Positions 58,586 to 64,000 of a stretch of 64,000 bases of DNA are shown one piece after another. Origin of the DNA: Obrimoposthia wandeli (taxonomy: Eukaryota); assembly GCA_977020255.1 (NCBI GenBank), contig CDROCS010000506.1:496001-560000 (forward strand), given 5' to 3'. Positions within the stretch are counted from its first letter, which is position 1. Each line of letters starts with the position of its first letter. Position numbers and translations under genes: made by a program. The notes under the pieces are model-generated. The model made no database searches. It saw only the letters and a program-made list of their open reading frames with translations, and was not told where the DNA came from.

Positions 58586-59320
58586 ATGACTACTTTATTT
58601 ATTTCAGATCTACACCTTGATGATCGTCGTCCGCAAATTACCGAATTATTTTTGCATTTTCTTGCTACCGAGGCACGCCAAGCTGACGCACTCTATATTT
58701 TAGGCGATCTATTTGAATTTTGGTCTGGTGATGATATTAGCAATCCCCTTAACGACAGTGTGCAAGATGGGCTTAAAGCCTTAACTGAAAGCGGCGTGAA
58801 ATGTTTCTTAGTAAAAGGCAATAGAGACTTCTTAGTCAGCAAGCGCTTTGCTAAACGAACAGGCATGACGATTCTTGGTGATTACACAGCGATAAACCTC
58901 GATGGTCAGAATGTATTAATTGCCCACGGCGATACTTTTTGTACCCTTGATGAAAAATACCAAGCATTTAGAACGGCCGTTAATATTCCATGGCGTCAAA
59001 AGCTATTTACTGCGCTGCCAATCTTCGTGCGTGAAGCCATTGCCGATAAGATTCGTGGTAAGAGCCAAGCAGGTAATCAACAAAAAAGCATGAATATTAT
59101 GGATGTCACTGAATCAGAAGTGATCAGTAAAATGCTTGAGTTTAAATGCGACACATTAATACACGGTCATACTCATAAACCCTACATACACGACGTAGCC
59201 CTTTCAGCTAACAAACAAGGTAAACGTATTGTACTTGGCGATTGGTTTGATCAAGGCAGTGTATTAGTATGGAGTGAAGGTAAGTATGACTTGCAACAAC
59301 GTGCCTTTTTAACGAGCTAA
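58586..59320 (+). CDS. lpxH: UDP-2,3-diacylglucosamine hydrolase
   Basis: ISDLHL, GDLFE, GNRDFL, HGD, HGHTH, LGDW. Confidence 0.96.
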   Translation: MTTLFISDLHLDDRRPQITELFLHFLATEARQADALYILGDLFEFWSGDDISNPLNDSVQDGLKALTESGVKCFLVKGNRDFLVSKRFAKRTGMTILGDYTAINLDGQNVLIAHGDTFCTLDEKYQAFRTAVNIPWRQKLFTALPIFVREAIADKIRGKSQAGNQQKSMNIMDVTESEVISKMLEFKCDTLIHGHTHKPYIHDVALSANKQGKRIVLGDWFDQGSVLVWSEGKYDLQQRAFLTS

Positions 59321-59377
59321 GTGATTTACAACCTATAGCGACATTCAGCATCGTCTAGCACATCAAAAATCAAGATC

Positions 59378-59404
59378 AAAAAAAGGAGCATTACGCTCCT
59401 TTTA
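59378..59404. terminator. Bidirectional terminator
   Basis: AAAAGGAGC-ATTAC-GCTCCTTTT between lpxH and purF. Confidence 0.85.
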
Positions 59405-59421
59405 TGATCTATTTATGCTTA

Positions 59422-60933
59422 TTAGCCTTCGTTATGAATTTCTAAATTAGCAATTTCTTCTTTTTCTTTGTCCGTTTTAGCACCATCACTACGTACATCG
59501 TTAAGACGCTGTAAATACGCCTCATCAATATCGCCAGTCACATACTCACCACTAAACACAGAAGTTTCAAACTTTTTAATGTCTGGATTGCATTTTGAAA
59601 CTGCACTAATCAAGTCATCTAAGTCTTGGAAAATAAGTGCATCAGCACCAATCATCGTTGCAATTTCATCAACGTTACGACCATGTGCAATGAGCTCTTC
59701 AGTGCTAGGCATATCAATACCGTACACGTTCGGATAACGTACTTCTGGTGCCGCTGATGCTAAATAAACATTTTTAGCGCCTGCTTCACGAGCCATTTCA
59801 ATGATCTGCTCTGACGTAGTACCACGAACAATTGAGTCATCAACTAACAGTACGTTTTTACCAACAAATTCTGATGAAATTGCGTTTAGTTTACGGCGTA
59901 CAGACTTACGACGCAGCGTTTGTCCTGGCATAATAAACGTACGGCCAATATAACGGTTTTTAACAAAACCTTGGCGGTATGGTAATTCTAATACTTTAGC
60001 AATTTCTAATGCACTATCACATGATGTTTCTGGAATTGGAATAACAACATCAATCTCGATATCAGCCCATTCACGCTTGATCTTATGGCCAAGTTTCTCA
60101 CCCATAGCAAGACGTGACTCATAAACTGATACTTTATCAATTGTAGAATCTGGACGAGCAAAATAAACAAATTCAAAAATACATGGGTTATGTTGTGCGT
60201 CTTCAGCACAGTGCGCGCTAAATAACTCACCAGCGTCAGTAATATAAACCGCTTCACCTGGTTCAACATCACGTAAGAATTCAAAACCAACCGCATCAAG
60301 TGCAACAGACTCTGAAGCAACCATATATTCTTTATGACCGTTTTCAGTACGCATACCCAATACTAATGGGCGAATACCGTTAGGATCACGGAAAGCAACA
60401 AGACCATGGCTAATAATCAGAGATACCACAGCGTAAGCGCCGCGCGCCTGCTTGTGTACTGCTTTAACAGCAGTAAAGATATCTTCTGGAGATAAATGTA
60501 AGCTTGGGCATTTATCTAACTCATGAGCCATCACATTAAGTAATACTTCAGAATCTGAAGTTGTATTAATGTGGCGACGCGCTTTCTTAAACTGCTCTTC
60601 TTTTAATTCAGCGGCGTTGGTTAGATTTCCGTTATGCGCAAGGGAAATACCGAACGGAGAGTTAACATAGAAAGGTTGCGCCTCAGCGGCACTCGAGCTT
60701 CCTGCTGTCGGGTATCGCACGTGGCCGATACCGATATTACCTTTCAAGCGTTGCATATGTTTAGTTTCGAATACATCACTAACTAAACCATTCGCTTTGC
60801 GCTGCCTAAAGTTTCCATCACTTAGGGTTACAATCCCAGCAGCATCCTGTCCACGATGCTGTAATACTGTTAATGCGTCATAGATAGACTGATTAACAGG
60901 GGTTGTAGAAACAATGCCAACAATTCCACACAT
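59422..60933 (-). CDS. purF: Amidophosphoribosyltransferase
   Basis: [30 protein letters not shown]. Confidence 0.98.
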   Translation of the reverse strand: MCGIVGIVSTTPVNQSIYDALTVLQHRGQDAAGIVTLSDGNFRQRKANGLVSDVFETKHMQRLKGNIGIGHVRYPTAGSSSAAEAQPFYVNSPFGISLAHNGNLTNAAELKEEQFKKARRHINTTSDSEVLLNVMAHELDKCPSLHLSPEDIFTAVKAVHKQARGAYAVVSLIISHGLVAFRDPNGIRPLVLGMRTENGHKEYMVASESVALDAVGFEFLRDVEPGEAVYITDAGELFSAHCAEDAQHNPCIFEFVYFARPDSTIDKVSVYESRLAMGEKLGHKIKREWADIEIDVVIPIPETSCDSALEIAKVLELPYRQGFVKNRYIGRTFIMPGQTLRRKSVRRKLNAISSEFVGKNVLLVDDSIVRGTTSEQIIEMAREAGAKNVYLASAAPEVRYPNVYGIDMPSTEELIAHGRNVDEIATMIGADALIFQDLDDLISAVSKCNPDIKKFETSVFSGEYVTGDIDEAYLQRLNDVRSDGAKTDKEKEEIANLEIHNEG

Positions 60934-60989
60934 AACCTAAATTCCTCGTTTACGGTGCTTTCGATAAAATGCTATTTATACGTTAGTTG

Positions 60990-61499
60990 TTATAAGCCCT
61001 GCATGTTGTCCCATGCGGAAGCTTGATGTTCAAAAAACCATTTAATGAGTGGTTTCAACTCAGTGATTAATGGCGAGTTCTGCCACCAAACCGTTTCCGG
61101 AAAACTGGTGAATAACTGTAAAAATAACAGTAATACGCACACAACTAATACTCCTCGGGCAATACCAAAGCATACACCGAGCAATCTATCTGTACCTGAC
61201 AAGCCGGTTTTATCCACTAGCTGACCAAGTATATAATTTAGCAAAGCCCCTAAAATAAGGGTCGAAATAAATAATAACGCTATCGCCACGCCATTTTTAA
61301 CTAACTGTTCACTAAATGCGGCACTAAACGCATCAAAATTTTCTAAGTAAGCAGCAATATCTTGATAATAAAAGCGAGATATAAAGAAAGCACAGAACCA
61401 AGTGCAAAGAGAGAACGCTTCCTTGACAAAACCACGTACTAAACTTATTACTGAAGATAAACCAACAATCCCTATTATCAGGTAATCAATCCACGCCAT
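60990..61499 (-). CDS. cvpA: Colicin V production protein
   Basis: RGFVKEA, TGLSGTDR.LG..FG..RG; upstream of purF. Confidence 0.95.
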   Translation of the reverse strand: MAWIDYLIIGIVGLSSVISLVRGFVKEAFSLCTWFCAFFISRFYYQDIAAYLENFDAFSAAFSEQLVKNGVAIALLFISTLILGALLNYILGQLVDKTGLSGTDRLLGVCFGIARGVLVVCVLLLFLQLFTSFPETVWWQNSPLITELKPLIKWFFEHQASAWDNMQGL

Positions 61500-61524
61500 G
61501 TTTTGCTCTTCTCATTTTGAAATT

Positions 61525-61539
61525 CGCGCCATTGTAACA
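61525..61539 (-). promoter_or_regulatory. Extended -10 promoter for cvpA-purF
   Basis: TGtTACAAT followed by GGCGCG discriminator. Confidence 0.45.
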
Positions 61540-61571
61540 ACTAAAATACCAGATTGATAATAGTTATAAAC

Positions 61572-61601
61572 AAAAAAAGCCGACATAAATGTCGGCTTTT
61601 T
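61572..61601 (-). terminator. Terminator after dedD
   Basis: AAAAAAAGCCGACAT-AA-ATGTCGGCTTTTT. Confidence 0.85.
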
Positions 61602-61603
61602 AA

Positions 61604-62227
61604 TTACTTGTCTCGAGGGTCAAATTTTTCAATGACGCCTTTCAAACCTGTGATTTCTTGTAGTTTTGGCAATAAACTTTTTAGTTCATTTTTATCGGTA
61701 CTGGGCCCGACATATAACCTATTTAACTGCCCGGCTTGTTTATAGCGTGGCAGTCGATAAGCATCAAAACCAGACTTCCTGATCTTCTTAACCAAGTCAT
61801 CCACTGCGGCAGAATTTTTGAATGTGCCTAAGCGAACATTCCAGCTATGACCAACCGGAGGAGTAGCTCTCACCGTGCTAACTTTAGCTAATGGCACTAA
61901 CTTCGGCGCTTTAGTGAGAGGTTGTGGTTTTGATTCCGTTTTATTAACCTGCTTTGCAGCGGTTAAATTAACGGTTGGGGCCGGTTCAACCAGTAATTCA
62001 GTATCGACTAACGTGTTGTCGATAGAATTGTTATCAAATTCAGCATTGTCGAGCGAATCAAAATTAACGGGATCAGCAAGTTCAACAAGCGCTGGGCGCA
62101 AAGGAATACTCGCGGTATTTTCACGATAAGTTACCTTCTGACCATCAAGTAAGTCAGGTAAAAAGATAATACCAATCGCCACTAAAATGATAGTGCCGAC
62201 CAAGCGATGTTGAAATTTCGATGCCAC
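61604..62227 (-). CDS. dedD: SPOR-domain cell division protein
   Basis: MASKFQHRLVGTIILVA..IIFLPDLLDG, C-terminal SPOR domain. Confidence 0.93.
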   Translation of the reverse strand: MASKFQHRLVGTIILVAIGIIFLPDLLDGQKVTYRENTASIPLRPALVELADPVNFDSLDNAEFDNNSIDNTLVDTELLVEPAPTVNLTAAKQVNKTESKPQPLTKAPKLVPLAKVSTVRATPPVGHSWNVRLGTFKNSAAVDDLVKKIRKSGFDAYRLPRYKQAGQLNRLYVGPSTDKNELKSLLPKLQEITGLKGVIEKFDPRDK

Positions 62228-62233
62228 GTTTAT

Positions 62234-63559
62234 TTAACCACTTATATGTTGGGTAATTTCCGCTACGGTGAAAAATGAGCCGAAACCAATAATAATGTCA
62301 TTGCAATCAGCACGTTGATTTGCCGATTGCCAAGCTTGCGCTATTGTATCATGACTCATAGGCTGCTGCCTAAGGCTATCATGGCTTTTACTACTCGACT
62401 GCATTGCATCAGCTAACCCTTGCTCGATCTGCTGGCATGGCGCGGCACGTTCACCTTGCAATGCTGCAAGGTGCCAGCAATCGACCACATCCGTCAACGC
62501 AGCTAAGCTTGCGGCAATATCTTTATCTTTCAGCATACCAACAACGGCGATAACCTTAACTGGCGATCCAGCTTGTTGTTTTAAGCGATTAAGCTGGGTA
62601 GCCAAGTAACGTGCTGATTCAGGATTATGTGCAACATCTAAATACTGTTGAGGCGCAGTGCCCAACTGCTGCATACGTCCAGGTAATCTTGCGTTAGCAA
62701 CACCACTGCGAATTGCATGTTCAGGGACGGTTAGATCTAATGCTTGTACTGCTGCAATCGCAGTCGCGGCATTTTGTAATGGCAATTGTGGAATGGCTAA
62801 CCCGGTAAATGCAAATACAGGATCATGCTGCTTTTCACTAGTACTTAATTGCCAATCCCAGCTGTTCGCATGCTGCGTATAATGGTAGTCACGATTAACC
62901 GCGATCAAGTCAGCACCGATTTCATCGGCATACGCTGCAATCGTTAATGGTGGATTAATCACACCACAAATCGCTTTTTTACCTGCACGGAAGATACCGG
63001 ATTTCTCGCGGGCTATGACCGCTTTGTCCGTGCCTAACCAATCGGCGTGATCAATATCAATCGTGGTAACAACAGCTACATCAGCTGAAACGATGTTTGA
63101 CGCGTCTAAACGACCACCTAAACCGACTTCCAAGATCACCACATCTAATGCAGCGTCTTGAAATAATTTCAACGCTGATAATGTCGTAAACTCAAAATAA
63201 GTAAGGGTGGTATCGCCACGGCCTGATTCTATAAAAGCAAAAGAATCAGCGTGTGCTTGTGCAGTCAGCATTTTACCGTTAACGCGAACACGTTCTCGGT
63301 AATCTTGAATATGTGGAGAGCTAGTAACACCGACATTGAAGCCTGCATCCAGCAAAATACGCTCTAAAAAGGCGCAAGTAGACCCTTTACCATTAGTGCC
63401 AGCAACTGTAATTACTTTAGCATCAAATGTCGTTAATGCTAAGTCAGCAGCAACGCGGCCAATACGCCCTAAGCCCATTTCAATATTAACGGGATGAATA
63501 CTTTCTAAATAGCAAAGCCAGTCTGCAAGAGACTGGCTTTTATTAATATTGTTCAACAT
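62234..63559 (-). CDS. folC: Folylpolyglutamate synthase/dihydrofolate synthase
   Basis: VAGTNGKGST, TYFEFTT, EVGLGGRLDA, LDVAHNP. Confidence 0.97.
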   Translation of the reverse strand: MLNNINKSQSLADWLCYLESIHPVNIEMGLGRIGRVAADLALTTFDAKVITVAGTNGKGSTCAFLERILLDAGFNVGVTSSPHIQDYRERVRVNGKMLTAQAHADSFAFIESGRGDTTLTYFEFTTLSALKLFQDAALDVVILEVGLGGRLDASNIVSADVAVVTTIDIDHADWLGTDKAVIAREKSGIFRAGKKAICGVINPPLTIAAYADEIGADLIAVNRDYHYTQHANSWDWQLSTSEKQHDPVFAFTGLAIPQLPLQNAATAIAAVQALDLTVPEHAIRSGVANARLPGRMQQLGTAPQQYLDVAHNPESARYLATQLNRLKQQAGSPVKVIAVVGMLKDKDIAASLAALTDVVDCWHLAALQGERAAPCQQIEQGLADAMQSSSKSHDSLRQQPMSHDTIAQAWQSANQRADCNDIIIGFGSFFTVAEITQHISG

Positions 63560-63582
63560 CGGTAATAGTTACTCGCTAGTGT

Positions 63583-64000
63583 TTACTTGTTAATGCTTTC
63601 AGTTTCACTTGGCGTTTTAATTTCATCGGCTGCAGGAACAACGCTAGGTGTCACTTCAGTACTTGCTGCTTCAGTGGCGATGTTATCAGACGTTTCCAAG
63701 TTCATCATCTTCGCTAATAAGCTTGCAAGTTTATCACGCATTTCACGGCGGTCTACAATCATATCGATCGCGCCTTTTTCTAACAAGAACTCACTACGCT
63801 GGAAACCTTCAGGTAATTTTTCTCGTACCGTTTGCTCAATAACACGTGGGCCAGCAAAACCGATAAGTGCTTTAGGCTCAGCTAAGTTAAGATCACCTAA
63901 CATAGCAAGACTCGCAGATACACCACCCATTGTTGGATCAGTCATTACCGAGATATAAGGTAAGCCTTTCTTTGACAATTTAGCCAGTGCAGCACTTGTT
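63583..64000 (-). CDS. accD: Acetyl-CoA carboxylase beta subunit, 5' end outside the window
   Basis: [46 protein letters not shown]. Confidence 0.97.
   Translation of the reverse strand, partial: TSAALAKLSKKGLPYISVMTDPTMGGVSASLAMLGDLNLAEPKALIGFAGPRVIEQTVREKLPEGFQRSEFLLEKGAIDMIVDRREMRDKLASLLAKMMNLETSDNIATEAASTEVTPSVVPAADEIKTPSETESINK

Noticed and set aside
61500-61570. PurR box upstream of cvpA-purF
   Set aside because: No match to the GAAAACGTTTNC-type consensus found by eye
1-64000. CRISPR array, IS element or prophage
   Set aside because: No repeat-spacer array, cas, transposase or phage genes seen; all repeats are intragenic, SSR or tRNA duplicates

Overview
AT-rich marine gammaproteobacterial chromosome segment (Moritella/Psychromonas-like is my inference from gene content, not verified). 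(1) 1-24.4 kb: an apparently uncharacterised glucan locus. A tightly coupled minus-strand operon encodes REC-PP2C phosphatase, STAS protein, CugP-like nucleotidyltransferase, RsbW-like kinase, GH2 lipoprotein, GH9, a processive GT2 synthase (QRFKY instead of QxxRW, no PilZ) and two DUF3131 proteins, and it runs off the left edge. Next come a divergent, internally duplicated beta-barrel, an octamer microsatellite, a ~1620-aa almost pure RTX beta-roll protein with a PrtDE-type type I secretion pair, and a third DUF3131 plus a lichenase-like GH16. (2) 24.4-43.6 kb: a second T1SS-like operon whose two ABC proteins both have degenerate ATPase motifs and which contains a His-less hybrid pseudokinase. 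It is divergent from a 2655-aa Ig/cadherin-like adhesin with 1386-bp near-identical tandem repeats. (3) 43.7-44.3 kb: tRNA operon Pro-Arg-His-Leu-Pro. (4) 44.5-53.9 kb: sigmaE-ChrR photo-oxidative stress module with four visible TGATC-N16/17-CGTA promoters and a cfa/furan-fatty-acid-type operon. (5) 54-64 kb: a Nudix-like gene and core genes folD, FKBP PPIase, cysS, ppiB, lpxH, purF, cvpA, dedD, folC and partial accD. The best candidate for an undescribed system is the phosphorylation partner-switch-controlled GT2/DUF3131 glucan machinery. Family assignments come from motif recognition without database searches.
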